Positions 9,176-18,748 of a stretch of DNA of 64,000 nt are shown piece by piece. The position numbers and the translations under genes were made by a program. This DNA is from an uncultured Candidatus Rokubacteria bacterium (lineage in GTDB: Bacteria > Methylomirabilota > Methylomirabilia > Rokubacteriales > CSP1-6), in the NCBI GenBank assembly GCA_963754315.1, contig CAVWFS010000014.1, forward strand, positions 192,001-256,000, written 5' to 3'. Position 1 is the first letter of the stretch. Each line of letters starts with the position of its first letter. Under the pieces are notes generated by a model. That model saw only the letters and a program-made list of their open reading frames with translations. It did no database searches and had not been told where the DNA came from.

Positions 9176-10810
9176 ATGCGACAACTTCGCTGGTTCGTCG
9201 TCCTGGTGCTGATGGGACTGACCTCGGCCGAGGTGGTCGCGGCCCAGCCCGCGATGGTGGATGGCGTTGCCATCGATTCCGACGCCGAGCTTGTGGTGGC
9301 CCTCGCCGACGACACCAACAACATGGATCCCCGCATCGGCATGGGCTCCATCCGGTCGAACTACATTCGTCAGGTGTTCGAGAGTCTCGTCGATGTCGAC
9401 CAGCAGGGCAAGCCGGTGCCCGGCCTCGCGCTCGCGTGGAAGCCGATCGGCGAGCTGACCTGGGAATTCACGTTACGCAAGGGGGTGACCTTCCACAACG
9501 GCGAGTCCTTCGACGCCGACACCGTCCTCTTCAACCTCGACCGGTGGTTCCGGCGCAACCTCGACAAGCACGGCATCAAGGACGTCGCCGCCGGCACCCA
9601 GTTCGACAAGACCTACCCGTTCGTGGCGCGCTGGGAGAAGGTGGACGACCACACCGTCCGCATTCACACCAGCGAACCGTCGCCCACCCTGTGGGACTTT
9701 CTTGGCCGCGAGCCGATGGTGCCGAAGTCGTACACGATCAAACAAGGGGTGGAGGCCCTCAACGACAAGCCGATTGGCACCGGTCCGTGGAAGATGGTCG
9801 AGTGGAAACGCAAGACCCATATGCTTTTCGAGCGCCACGACACCTACTGGGGAACGCCGCCCCTCTACAAACGGATGCGCTTTCAGGTCATCCCCGAGGC
9901 GGCGGCCCGCATCGCCGCTCTGCGCTCGGGGCAGGTCGGGCTGATCGAGGCGGTGCCCCCGCTCGACGCCAACGTGCTCGGCCAGGATCCGAAGCTCAAG
10001 GTGGTCTCCAGCGTCCAGAAGCTCTACTGCCGGCTCTACCTGAACGCGCGCCCCAAGGACAAGTACGACTCCGGCGGCAAGGACGGGCTCTTCGGCGATC
10101 CACGCGTGCGCCTCGCCCTGAACCACGCCATCAACCGTGAGGCGATCATCCGCAAGATCTTCAACGGCTACGCCCTCGCCAACGCCTCTCCGGTGGCCAC
10201 CGTGTCCTATGGCTACGCGCCCCAGGAGCCGTATGCCTACGACCCGAAGAAGGCGAAGGCCATGCTGGCCGAGGCCGGCTGGAAGGAGACTCCGGCTGGG
10301 TGGACGGACACCAAGGGAGAGGTGTTGAGCCTGCAGCTCTTCTTTCCGGCCAAGCACTACGGTCAGGCCTTCGACGAGATGACGCCAGCCGTGGTCGAGA
10401 TGCTCAAGGAAGTGGGGATACCCGTTACCGTCAGGTCGGTGGACTTCGGCACTCTGCTGCAGACGGTCACCAAAGGCACCCTCCCTCCCAATGGCGGTTT
10501 CACCGCCTGCCGCACGAGCAACAACCTCGACGCAGACGACTACGTACGCGATTGGGCAGCCACGACCCTCGTCAACTGGGCACCCTATCCGGCGGATCTG
10601 ATGGCGCTCTACACGGCCACCCGCAAGGAGGTCGATCCGCGCAAGCGTCTACAACTGCTGGCGGACCTCCAGCGCCAGGTGCGCAACTGGGCTCCGGTGG
10701 TATCGCTCTACCAGGAGGTCAAGGTCTACGCTCACAGCGCGCGGGTGCTCCGCTTCGCACCGATCCCCGAACTGAACATGGACTTCCGCGGGGTCGCGCT
10801 CCGGAAGTGA
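9176..10810 (+). CDS. ABC transporter substrate-binding protein, family 5 (peptide/nickel type), orphan
   Basis: Signal peptide; PGLALAW..., WEFTLRKGVTFHNGESFDADTV, PIGTGPWK, DPRVRLALNHAINRE; AGAGGAG RBS. Confidence 0.92.
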   Translation: MRQLRWFVVLVLMGLTSAEVVAAQPAMVDGVAIDSDAELVVALADDTNNMDPRIGMGSIRSNYIRQVFESLVDVDQQGKPVPGLALAWKPIGELTWEFTLRKGVTFHNGESFDADTVLFNLDRWFRRNLDKHGIKDVAAGTQFDKTYPFVARWEKVDDHTVRIHTSEPSPTLWDFLGREPMVPKSYTIKQGVEALNDKPIGTGPWKMVEWKRKTHMLFERHDTYWGTPPLYKRMRFQVIPEAAARIAALRSGQVGLIEAVPPLDANVLGQDPKLKVVSSVQKLYCRLYLNARPKDKYDSGGKDGLFGDPRVRLALNHAINREAIIRKIFNGYALANASPVATVSYGYAPQEPYAYDPKKAKAMLAEAGWKETPAGWTDTKGEVLSLQLFFPAKHYGQAFDEMTPAVVEMLKEVGIPVTVRSVDFGTLLQTVTKGTLPPNGGFTACRTSNNLDADDYVRDWAATTLVNWAPYPADLMALYTATRKEVDPRKRLQLLADLQRQVRNWAPVVSLYQEVKVYAHSARVLRFAPIPELNMDFRGVALRK

Positions 10811-10827
10811 GACGGGTCAATGCGCAT

Positions 10828-10874
10828 TGGGGCGCACGGAGGTCGCCGTGCGCCCCACGTCGCCTTCTGGCGAC
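10828..10874. terminator. Double hairpin between convergent genes
   Basis: tggggcgcacgg-aggtcg-ccgtgcgcccca (12-bp perfect stem), then gtcgcc-ttct-ggcgac; no U-tract. Confidence 0.55.
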
Positions 10875-10887
10875 CGGCGGGTGAGCG

Positions 10888-11385
10888 CTAGGCGGCGTGC
10901 CTCGCCTGCATCGGATTCACGAGCAGCCGATCCTCGATCTGAATCTCCCGCCCCAGTCCGGCCGTCTCTCGGGACACGATCCGGATGGCGGTGTCCCGAA
11001 GCTCGGGGGACGAGACAGGACCGGCGATGTCGACCGTGATCGGGGACCGCTTGCGCAGAGGCGCATAGACGGTCGCAGTGATGGGGGAACGCGCGAGCGA
11101 CGGCTCCTGAAGCAGAGCATCGGAAAGCTTCGCTTGCAGCAGCATCGCCGAGTCTTCTTGGCGCCGCTTCATGTCGTAGAGCCGAATCGCCGTGATCAAA
11201 ACCGCCAGGAGTGCAGCGACGACGACGACAAGCAGGAGACCTCCGCCCCACGAGGCCGTTGCATCCGGCTGCGCGGGGGGCGGGCTCGGGGCCGTCGGCG
11301 CCTGAGCGAGGACCCACTCCGCTGCACCGGCGACGGTCGCGACAATCGCCGCTAGGGCAATCTTGGCATGCCGATTTCGCGTCAT
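10888..11385 (-). CDS. Signal peptide + Pro linker + TM + BON-like domain protein (paralog of 17237-17740)
   Basis: GGAGGAGG RBS; LQAKLSDALLQEPSL...ITATV...VDIAGPVSSPELRDTAIRIV...IEDRLLV resembles the BON pattern. Confidence 0.75.
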   Translation of the reverse strand: MTRNRHAKIALAAIVATVAGAAEWVLAQAPTAPSPPPAQPDATASWGGGLLLVVVVAALLAVLITAIRLYDMKRRQEDSAMLLQAKLSDALLQEPSLARSPITATVYAPLRKRSPITVDIAGPVSSPELRDTAIRIVSRETAGLGREIQIEDRLLVNPMQARHAA

Positions 11386-11411
11386 GATCCACCTCCTCCG
11401 CCGACAAGCGA

Positions 11412-11426
11412 GCATCTGCTATGCCA
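11412..11426 (-). promoter_or_regulatory. Sigma-54 (-24/-12) promoter
   Basis: Minus strand TGGCATAGCAGATGC; GG-N10-GC spacing, just upstream of the RBS. Confidence 0.7.
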
Positions 11427-11507
11427 CCGAGGTCGAGCGACGCGCCCACGCCAAGTGTGCATGCCGATGTGGAAGAGCTTGCCATCGGCGTCTTCATCCG
11501 CCTGCCC

Positions 11508-11529
11508 TTTGACTTGTAAGGTCTTCATT
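11508..11529. promoter_or_regulatory. Conserved upstream box, copy 1 (candidate activator or IHF-type site)
   Basis: tttgacttgtaaggtcttcatt; 21/22 identical to 17859-17880, at a similar distance from the sigma-54 site. Confidence 0.6.
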
Positions 11530-11620
11530 GGGACTCTGAAGATGCGTGAAAGCCTGCATCGTGCGCATGGGAAGATGCTAAACCCTCAGAGGATGCGCCT
11601 GCTCGCTAGGATGCGCATGG

Positions 11621-12454
11621 ATGGCCTGGAGACTTCAGCGCGAGATCATTCTGCTTCTCGCCTGGGGGCCCGCGATCCTGCTCCAGTTCGCTCATCCTCT
11701 CGTTGCCCAGGGGGTTGCCGACCACAGCGCGTTTCGCGGCGAACGTCATGGGCGATGGCGGCGCCTTCACCGCACGGTGAGCGCCATGCAGCAGCTGTGT
11801 TTCGGCGACGCGCGCACAGCCCTGGCCGCGGCGACGCGCATCAACGCGATCCACGATCGCGTTCACGGGCAGTTATCCCAGGGGGCCGGTATCTTCCCCG
11901 CCGGGACAACCTACTCGGCCCATGATCCGGCCCTGCTGACCTGGGTGCACGCGACCTTGCTCGACATGAATCTGCGCGCCTACGAACTCTTGGTGGCGCC
12001 GCTTTGCGACGCGGACAAGGACCAGTACTGCCTAGAGGCCAGCGCCATCGAGGGACACTTCGGCATTCCCGAGGGGCGTCTCCCACGCAGTGTCAGCGAG
12101 CTGCGGCGCTACATGGACGGGATGTTCGCGAGCGGGGAGATCACGGTGACGGATATCGCGCGGACCTTGGCGCGCGCCATCCTCTATCCGCAGGTGTTTC
12201 CCATAGCCGCGCCCGCCTTCAGCTTCATGCGTCTGACGACCATCGGGCTGCTGCCGCCCACGATCCGGGCCGAGTATGGCCTCCCCTGGGGCGCGCGCCG
12301 CGAGGCTCTGCTCCGCCGGTCGATGGCATTCGTCCGCACGCTGCTGCGCCTGACGCCGTCCGTGCTGCGCCACTGGCCGGCGGCGCGGGCCGCCGCACGG
12401 GCGGTGCACGGATCCGGTTGCCCGTTGCGCCCCCTCGCCGGCGGCCATTCCTGA
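11621..12454 (+). CDS. DUF2236 / MpaB-like oxygenase family protein
   Basis: GPAILLQFAHPLVAQGVADHS, INAIHDRVHG, YSAHDPALLTWVHATL. Confidence 0.88.
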   Translation: MAWRLQREIILLLAWGPAILLQFAHPLVAQGVADHSAFRGERHGRWRRLHRTVSAMQQLCFGDARTALAAATRINAIHDRVHGQLSQGAGIFPAGTTYSAHDPALLTWVHATLLDMNLRAYELLVAPLCDADKDQYCLEASAIEGHFGIPEGRLPRSVSELRRYMDGMFASGEITVTDIARTLARAILYPQVFPIAAPAFSFMRLTTIGLLPPTIRAEYGLPWGARREALLRRSMAFVRTLLRLTPSVLRHWPAARAAARAVHGSGCPLRPLAGGHS

Positions 12455-12482
12455 CCGCCGGTCGGCCACGCTCACCGGAACC

Positions 12483-13217
12483 GTGAGAGACCGTGAGCCG
12501 CCCGCCCCCCGTCCGTGGCCGCGGCCTTCGCGGCCGTGGATCATGGCGCAGTCCTGGCACGATCTTCTATTTGCGCACTGGCCCGTCGCGCCAGAGACCT
12601 TGCGCCGAAAGCTGCCGAGGGCGCTCGAGCTTGATACATTCCACGGAACGGCGTGGGTGGGCGTCGTCCCCTTCCGCATGAGCGGCGTGCGGCTGCGGGG
12701 CACCCCACCCCTCCCCTGGCTGTCGGCATTCCTCGAGCTCAATGTGCGGACGTATGTCACGTATGGGGAGAGACCCGGTGTGTGGTTCCTCTCGCTCGAC
12801 GCCGCGCGCTGGCTCGCGGTGGCCGTCGCGCGGGCGTGGTTTCGCCTACCGTATTACAGCGCGCGGATGTCGTGCTCACACGATGGGGAGGATGTCATCT
12901 ACGCGAGCCTCCGCACGCAAGCGGGAACGCCGAGAGCCGAGCTCGCCGCGCGCTACGGCCCGCGTGGCGACGTGCTCCCGGCTCGGCCGGGCACGCTCGA
13001 GCACTGGCTGACCGAGCGCTACGGCCTCTACGCGCTGTCTCGGCGCGGCGAGGTCATGTTCGCGGACATCGACCATCCGCCGTGGCCCCTTCAGCCGGCC
13101 GAGGCAATCTTCGGGAAGAACACCATGGCTCAGGCCCACGGGATCGAGCTGCCAACGAGCGCGCCCGTGCTGCACTTCGCGCGGCGCCAGGATGTTCTGG
13201 TCTGGGCACCTCAATGA
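12483..13217 (+). CDS. YqjF / DUF2071 family protein
   Basis: MAQSWHDLLFAHWPV, FLELNVRTYV, PGVWFLSLDA, LEHWLTERY, IDHPPWPLQPA. Confidence 0.9.
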   Translation: MRDREPPAPRPWPRPSRPWIMAQSWHDLLFAHWPVAPETLRRKLPRALELDTFHGTAWVGVVPFRMSGVRLRGTPPLPWLSAFLELNVRTYVTYGERPGVWFLSLDAARWLAVAVARAWFRLPYYSARMSCSHDGEDVIYASLRTQAGTPRAELAARYGPRGDVLPARPGTLEHWLTERYGLYALSRRGEVMFADIDHPPWPLQPAEAIFGKNTMAQAHGIELPTSAPVLHFARRQDVLVWAPQ

Positions 13218-13404
13218 CCGCAGCCACGGCGCCGCTGAGGTGCCGCGCCTTGAACAAGGACAACGGTGGAGCGCTAAGCGCAGACCGACCGCAAATGAAC
13301 AGGCCTGGAGCTGGGCGTGTTGTGGGCAACGGCCCAGTCGGCGTCAAGCGCTTCGAGGGTGGCGGGGCGAGCACCGAGTCGAGTACGGATCGTCTTCGCG
13401 ATGC

Positions 13405-13728
13405 TTACTCGCGGGCCGGTCGCACGTCGAGGGAGTTGACGACGCGTCTGACGCCGCTCACGCCCTTGGCCACGGTCTCGGCGCGAACCTTCTCTTCAGT
13501 CGAGGGGACGGCGCCGGTGAGATACACCGTTCCGTCGCTGGAGACCACACCGAGCCGGGTCAGGTTCGCGTCATTCTGTGCCACCAGCCGGGCCTTGACC
13601 TCGGACTCGATACGAGCATCCGTGTAGGCATCACCGGCCGTTCGGCAACCGCAGGCGGTGAAGACCACGGCCAGACCGACCAAGGCCAGGCACCGTCGCC
13701 GCCCGCCTTCCCGAGCGGATACCCTCAT
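13405..13728 (-). CDS. Single-BON-domain putative lipoprotein
   Basis: Lipobox-like VFTAC; DARIESEVKARL...DGTVYLTGAV...AKGVSGVRRVVNSLDV; ATGA overlap with the upstream gene. Confidence 0.88.
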   Translation of the reverse strand: MRVSAREGGRRRCLALVGLAVVFTACGCRTAGDAYTDARIESEVKARLVAQNDANLTRLGVVSSDGTVYLTGAVPSTEEKVRAETVAKGVSGVRRVVNSLDVRPARE

Positions 13729-16700
13729 CGGCTGGCGTGGTCGCCCGTGATTCCGGCACCGAGCCGGCGCAGGCGCTCGAGCAGGTTGGGGGGTTTTGCA
13801 CCATCCGACTCGACGAGGTCGACCCGCACGCCGCCGCCCTCCGTCGCCGTTCGCTGTTCGAAGGTCTTGTTCTCAACCAGCCGCGCGGTATCGACCTTGG
13901 CCTGCTTGAGCTTCGCGCGGACGACCTCCATGCGCTTGGCGCCGAGGCCGGGTGCTGCATCAGTCGGCAGGGGCTCAGTCTCCATCAAGGCGGTCAGGAC
14001 CGCTTCTGCCGTTCCGGGTGGCTGGCGATTCGGGAAGCGTTGCGCGAAGAGACGCGCGGCCGCCTCTTCGGGTGAGATCTTGGCGGCGAGCGCCGCCCGG
14101 CCGAGGGCGGTCTCCAGCGCGTTGCGCGACAGACGCGCGAGGTCTCCGGAGGTGACAACCGGCGTGAAGGCCAGACGCACCTCGGGCACCTGCTCGAGGA
14201 ACCCTGCCAGCCGCATGGTGTGCGTCTCACCCGCTGGCGTGAGGGTGGCGGTACCGTCCTGGAAGAAAATCGGATCGATCTGGATCTTTTCAATGCGCGA
14301 ATCGGCGGTGTACTGGAGCCTGCCGATCCAACTCACGGGTGTGGTGATCGCGTTGATCGCCACCGTGCGGGCCGACTTCCAGATCGCCTCCCTGAAGTCG
14401 AAGCGCGGGTCGTTGAGGCGCCCGCTGACGGGGAATGACACGGTGATGTCGCCTTGATTGTTCTTCATCAGCGACACGATGAGGCCGAGCGGCAAACCGA
14501 TTCGCGTTTGAACCTGGTCATCGGGCCCGGCTCGCTCGACCGTGAGTCGCCGCAGGCGGATGTCGGAGCGGGCATCCAAGGCATCGCCGTGCACGCGGCC
14601 GCGGACAGTGGCCAGCAGGCGTCCTTCCCGGGCCTTCCAGGCCACCTGGCGCAGCAAGTAGGGGTTCGTGCGCGGAATGGCAAACTCTCGCACCTCTCCT
14701 TGGAGGTCGACGCGCAGCGGGCCCCCGATGGGCCCCACGGTTCCCTGCAGGGCAAAGGCCGCATCCGGAACCAGTTGTCCCGTCAGCTCGAGACGCGCGG
14801 ACTGGGCACCCGCGGTGGAGAGACCGTCCGCCTTCAAGGCGAGCCGATTGAGATCGACCGCGAATGGGGGCGCGACACTGCGGTCGACGACACGGGCGCC
14901 CCCATCCGTGACGGTGAGCTGCTGCACCACCACCGCCACCTTGTCGCCTTTCGTCTGGCGGGTGGCTTCCTGCAACCCCCTCGCCTGGTTGTTGCTCGGA
15001 AAACCGTTCGGCTGGCCGTTGGTGGTCGGCGAACCCGTCGTCAACGGCAGCAGAGCGCGCAGTGGCAGCGTGCCCCTCTCGTCCCGCTCGAGCAAGATCC
15101 AGGGTTGCTGCAGGGTCAGATCGCGGACCGAGACGCGGTGCGGCCACTGCACGTCGAGCCCCGTCGCCGTCGCGCGCTCGACCTGCATGACGGTCCGCTC
15201 CTTATCGCGAACGTCGAGCCGAAACAGCGCCGCCTGGCCACGAACGTCTATGCTTTCCTCAACGGCTCCAGGGAACTTCACAGCCACATCGAGGTCGGCT
15301 CGCCCACTGACGCGGGCCGCTGGCGGCAGGTAAGCCTCGAACGGTGCCAGTTCGCCGCCCTTCAACGCCAAGCGCACGTCGGCAGTGGGGGGGCTACCGA
15401 CGCCGACCTGCCCCACCACCCGAAGTTCACCGCCACGCGGCGGCCGCAGATCGACTTGTATGCCAAGAGGACCGCGCAGCGGCCAGCCCACACCCTTCAC
15501 CGTCGCGTTGATCCGCGAGAGGTCCAGCTGCGCGAGGGGTCGCACTGCCTCGTCGCGCCACGCGACAGCCCCCTCCTGGACGACAATCTCGCCGATCTCG
15601 ACCGCGACGGGAGGCACTCCCGGGGTGCTCGCACGATCCGTGGCCGGCGGGACCGGTGCGTGCACCGTCACTGGTGCCGGACGGGGCCGGTGCGCTCGTA
15701 CATCATCACCGATGCCGGACGGGGCCGCCGCGGAGACCGTCGGGCCATTCAAGAGCGCCCGAAGAGGCAAGCGACCCGCCCGATCTCGCTCAACCATCGC
15801 CAGGGGCCGATTGACAAGTACGCGTTTGATGACGACGCGCTTGGGCCATTGGACCTCCAGCCCACTCGCCTCGATGCGCTCAGCCCCGACCAGCTTCTGG
15901 CGCGCTTCGGCTACTCCGAGACCGTTGACCGCGATCGACCCGCGGATGCGAGACGGTATCCCCGCTGCGATCGGCTCGTTCACTCGCAGATCGGCCTCCG
16001 CGGTACCTGTGATGCGGGCCAACGGTGGCAGATACCGAGCCCACGGCGCCAGATCGAGCTTCGTCAAGCGGACGCGGAGATCGCTCGCCGCCGGCGCTGC
16101 CTGCAGCGTGCCGTCCACCACCAGGTGTCCACCACCGGGAACCCCTGTCCGTGCATCGATGCGCGCGGGCTCGCTAAGGGGCCACGTGAGATTGCCCACA
16201 TGCACGCGCAGGCCCGGAAAGTCAAAGCGCGGGGCCGGCGTCACCCGCGGATCGAATAGGGTAAGCGGGCCCGTAAGCTCGAACTGTCCCAGCCGCACAC
16301 CGTCACTGTGGAAGCTGACGCCAGCAAGCCGGACCGTCATCGCTGGCGCCAGCACCACTGGATGGGTCTGCCCCGGCTGCGTGAAGGCGACATCTGCGAA
16401 GCGTGCCACCGCATCGAGGCGGAGACCATCTCGCGCGTGCAGCACGACGTCAACCGATGTGTTGACGCGCCCTCGGTCGAGGACAACGGGAGCATCGGCG
16501 GGCAGATAGAGCCGGGCCAGGGCGAGGTCTGCTCCCTCGACCGCTACGGAGGCTTCGAGATCAATCGGGTATAGCCGAAGGCGCTTCACATTGACCGACA
16601 CCGGCGCCCCGCCCGTCACCGAGCTGGCCACTGCCGTCCCGTGCGTGTGCAGGGTCGAGACGTTGCGGGCCTCGATGGTGATGCGTTCGGAGGTCCATGT

Positions 16701-17171
16701 CCGCCCTCCTGGCAACGCCCGGTCCTCGAGGGTCACGGTGCCGCCCACCAGCGCGAAGCGATCGACGCTGACATCGGGCATCCTGTCCGCCGTCGTTGTC
16801 CCTGACCGTCGCACGAGATCGGACAGATTGAACTCGTTGCTCGACAGCCGCACGACGCGGACGGTGGGGTTCTGTAGCGTCAGTTCGCGAATCCAGACGT
16901 GGCCCCGCAGGAGCGCGCCACGGTTCACGCGGACATCGAGGACATCGGCGTCCGCGAAGGGCTGTTCCCCATCCCGTTCGGTCAGGCGTAACCCCCGGAC
17001 TATCAGCCGACCCTCTCGAACTGACAACGTGGCAGCGTCGAGGCTGACGTGCCGATTCGTGAGGGCCTGCACCTGCGCGATCACGACCCAGCGGACGATC
17101 ATCGGAAACATGAGCACGGCGGCGGCCGCTACCACTACGAGCAGGGTGAGAACGGAGACGAGTCGCTTCAT
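13725..17171 (-). CDS. DUF748 / AsmA-like repeat protein (1148 aa) with N-terminal anchor and OmpA-C-like C-terminal region
   Basis: N-terminal TM; internal repeats (LAPWARYLPP / LAPFEAYLPP; GLEVQWP..ERDRAGRLPLRALL / GLDVQWP..ERDERGTLPLRALL); GLPLGLIVSLMKNNQGDITVSFPVSGRLNDPRF; IFFQDGTATLT. Confidence 0.85.
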   Translation of the reverse strand: MKRLVSVLTLLVVVAAAAVLMFPMIVRWVVIAQVQALTNRHVSLDAATLSVREGRLIVRGLRLTERDGEQPFADADVLDVRVNRGALLRGHVWIRELTLQNPTVRVVRLSSNEFNLSDLVRRSGTTTADRMPDVSVDRFALVGGTVTLEDRALPGGRTWTSERITIEARNVSTLHTHGTAVASSVTGGAPVSVNVKRLRLYPIDLEASVAVEGADLALARLYLPADAPVVLDRGRVNTSVDVVLHARDGLRLDAVARFADVAFTQPGQTHPVVLAPAMTVRLAGVSFHSDGVRLGQFELTGPLTLFDPRVTPAPRFDFPGLRVHVGNLTWPLSEPARIDARTGVPGGGHLVVDGTLQAAPAASDLRVRLTKLDLAPWARYLPPLARITGTAEADLRVNEPIAAGIPSRIRGSIAVNGLGVAEARQKLVGAERIEASGLEVQWPKRVVIKRVLVNRPLAMVERDRAGRLPLRALLNGPTVSAAAPSGIGDDVRAHRPRPAPVTVHAPVPPATDRASTPGVPPVAVEIGEIVVQEGAVAWRDEAVRPLAQLDLSRINATVKGVGWPLRGPLGIQVDLRPPRGGELRVVGQVGVGSPPTADVRLALKGGELAPFEAYLPPAARVSGRADLDVAVKFPGAVEESIDVRGQAALFRLDVRDKERTVMQVERATATGLDVQWPHRVSVRDLTLQQPWILLERDERGTLPLRALLPLTTGSPTTNGQPNGFPSNNQARGLQEATRQTKGDKVAVVVQQLTVTDGGARVVDRSVAPPFAVDLNRLALKADGLSTAGAQSARLELTGQLVPDAAFALQGTVGPIGGPLRVDLQGEVREFAIPRTNPYLLRQVAWKAREGRLLATVRGRVHGDALDARSDIRLRRLTVERAGPDDQVQTRIGLPLGLIVSLMKNNQGDITVSFPVSGRLNDPRFDFREAIWKSARTVAINAITTPVSWIGRLQYTADSRIEKIQIDPIFFQDGTATLTPAGETHTMRLAGFLEQVPEVRLAFTPVVTSGDLARLSRNALETALGRAALAAKISPEEAAARLFAQRFPNRQPPGTAEAVLTALMETEPLPTDAAPGLGAKRMEVVRAKLKQAKVDTARLVENKTFEQRTATEGGGVRVDLVESDGAKPPNLLERLRRLGAGITGDHASR

Positions 17172-17236
17172 GGGCCGGGCCTCGTCATACCTTGCCGTCT
17201 AATCGCCCGGAGGACACCAGCTCCTACGTGTAACGC

Positions 17237-17740
17237 TCAGGCGACGCGCCTCGTTCGCATGGGATTCAGAACCATTCTGTCGTCGATTCTCGCCTCGCGC
17301 CCGATTCCTGCCGTTGCCCGCGAGACGATCCGAAGCACGCGGTCCCGGAGGCCGGGTGACGCGACAGGTCCGGCAACCTCTACCACCACGGGCGCCCGCC
17401 GCCGCAGAGGCGCATAAACAGTAGCCATGATCGGGGAACCCGACAACGATGGCTCGGTGAGCAAAGCATCCGAGAGCCGCGCCTGGAGCGTCATGGCCGC
17501 GTCCTCTTGGCGGCGCTTCGCGTCGTAGAGCCGGATTGCCGTGATCAGCACGGCAAGGAGGACGGCGACGACCGCGAACAACAGGAAACCTCCGGCCCAG
17601 GAGCTGGTCGTCCCCGCCGGCGCCGGGACAGGCGGACTTCCCGAGGTTACCGGAGTCTGGGCCAGCGCCCACTCCGCTGCAGCGGCCGCAGTCGCGACAA
17701 TCGCCACCAGGGCGATACGGGCTTGCCGAACTCCCGTCAT
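17237..17740 (-). CDS. Signal peptide + Pro linker + TM + BON-like domain protein (paralog of 10888-11385)
   Basis: Shares LLAVLITAIRLYD.KRRQED, LSDALL.EPSL, ATVYAPLR, AGPV.SP.LRD with the paralog; GGAGGAGG RBS. Confidence 0.75.
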   Translation of the reverse strand: MTGVRQARIALVAIVATAAAAAEWALAQTPVTSGSPPVPAPAGTTSSWAGGFLLFAVVAVLLAVLITAIRLYDAKRRQEDAAMTLQARLSDALLTEPSLSGSPIMATVYAPLRRRAPVVVEVAGPVASPGLRDRVLRIVSRATAGIGREARIDDRMVLNPMRTRRVA

Positions 17741-17765
17741 GACGCACCTCCTCCACCGTCAGCCA

Positions 17766-17780
17766 GCATCCGCTATGCCA
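17766..17780 (-). promoter_or_regulatory. Sigma-54 (-24/-12) promoter
   Basis: Minus strand TGGCATAGCGGATGC; 14/15 identical to 11412-11426. Confidence 0.7.
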
Positions 17781-17858
17781 CCGACGTTGCGGCTTGCTGG
17801 GGCCAAATCTGCACGGTTGTGGGGAAACTCTGAGTGTCGCGGCGGCTAAGCCTCTCTT

Positions 17859-17880
17859 TTTGTCTTGTAAGGTCTTCATT
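17859..17880. promoter_or_regulatory. Conserved upstream box, copy 2
   Basis: tttgtcttgtaaggtcttcatt. Confidence 0.6.
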
Positions 17881-18016
17881 CGAGCAGAAAGCGTTTTCGT
17901 GAGCTCCTCGCTGCCTGAGTGACGTGATCCCGTCGCGCTCCCGAGCCGGCCCCGTGGAGGTCGGGGCTGGCGCGGGCACGCCTCGCCTTAAAGGTCGATC
18001 GCCGTTCGGTCAAGGC

Positions 18017-18748
18017 TTAGCCGGCGACGTCACCCCAGACGACGTAACGCCGGCGCGGACGCGGTTCCTGTCCTTCCTCGACCATGCGCTGCTCCTGGGC
18101 CGCCACCAGATCGAGTAGTGGATCACTGCCCACGTTCACGAGACCATGCGCTCGCAGGAGCGCGTCGATCTCCTCCCGAGGCCGCCCCCCAAGGAAGGGA
18201 AGCTGATGGCCCACCGCCGCGTACTCCTGGCTCGCGCGGGCATTCTCCGCCGAGGGTGGCGCGGCGCTCGGGTCGAACTGTCCATCGACCACGACCAGAC
18301 GCCCGCCCCGTCGGAGGACCCGGATCCACTCGTCGATGGCCGCCTCCGGGTGCGGGAGTGTCCACAGCACATGCCGGCTGATAACGAGGTCGAAGCTGCC
18401 GGAGGCGAACGGGAGCTGCTCGGCGTCGGCCTCCTCGAACCGGACGGACACGCCATGCGCGCCCGCCTTTCGCCGTGCCTCGGCTAGCATGGCCGGCGCG
18501 AAGTCGACGCCGGTCACGTCATGCCCCCGCGCGGCTAGCTCGAAGCTGAGAAACCCCGTCCCGCAGCCGGCGTCGAGCGTGACGAGCCCAGAGCGGCCGC
18601 GAAGAACAAGGTCGAGGATACGGTCCCAGGCGGCGCGCTCGGCGGGGGTACTGATGCTGTGGCCGAAGCCCTCGTCGAAGGAAGGCGCTCGCCGATTCCA
18701 GTGGGCGGCCACCTGTTGCTTGACCACATCACCTTGGCCAGACGACAT
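18017..18748 (-). CDS. Class I SAM-dependent methyltransferase
   Basis: LDAGCGTGFL, VTGVDFAPAML, ADAEQLPF...FDLV, EWIRVLRRGG. Confidence 0.92.
   Translation of the reverse strand: MSSGQGDVVKQQVAAHWNRRAPSFDEGFGHSISTPAERAAWDRILDLVLRGRSGLVTLDAGCGTGFLSFELAARGHDVTGVDFAPAMLAEARRKAGAHGVSVRFEEADAEQLPFASGSFDLVISRHVLWTLPHPEAAIDEWIRVLRRGGRLVVVDGQFDPSAAPPSAENARASQEYAAVGHQLPFLGGRPREEIDALLRAHGLVNVGSDPLLDLVAAQEQRMVEEGQEPRPRRRYVVWGDVAG

Noticed and set aside
13218..13404. 187-bp spacer between convergent genes as an ncRNA
   Set aside because: No recognisable RNA family or convincing structure by eye
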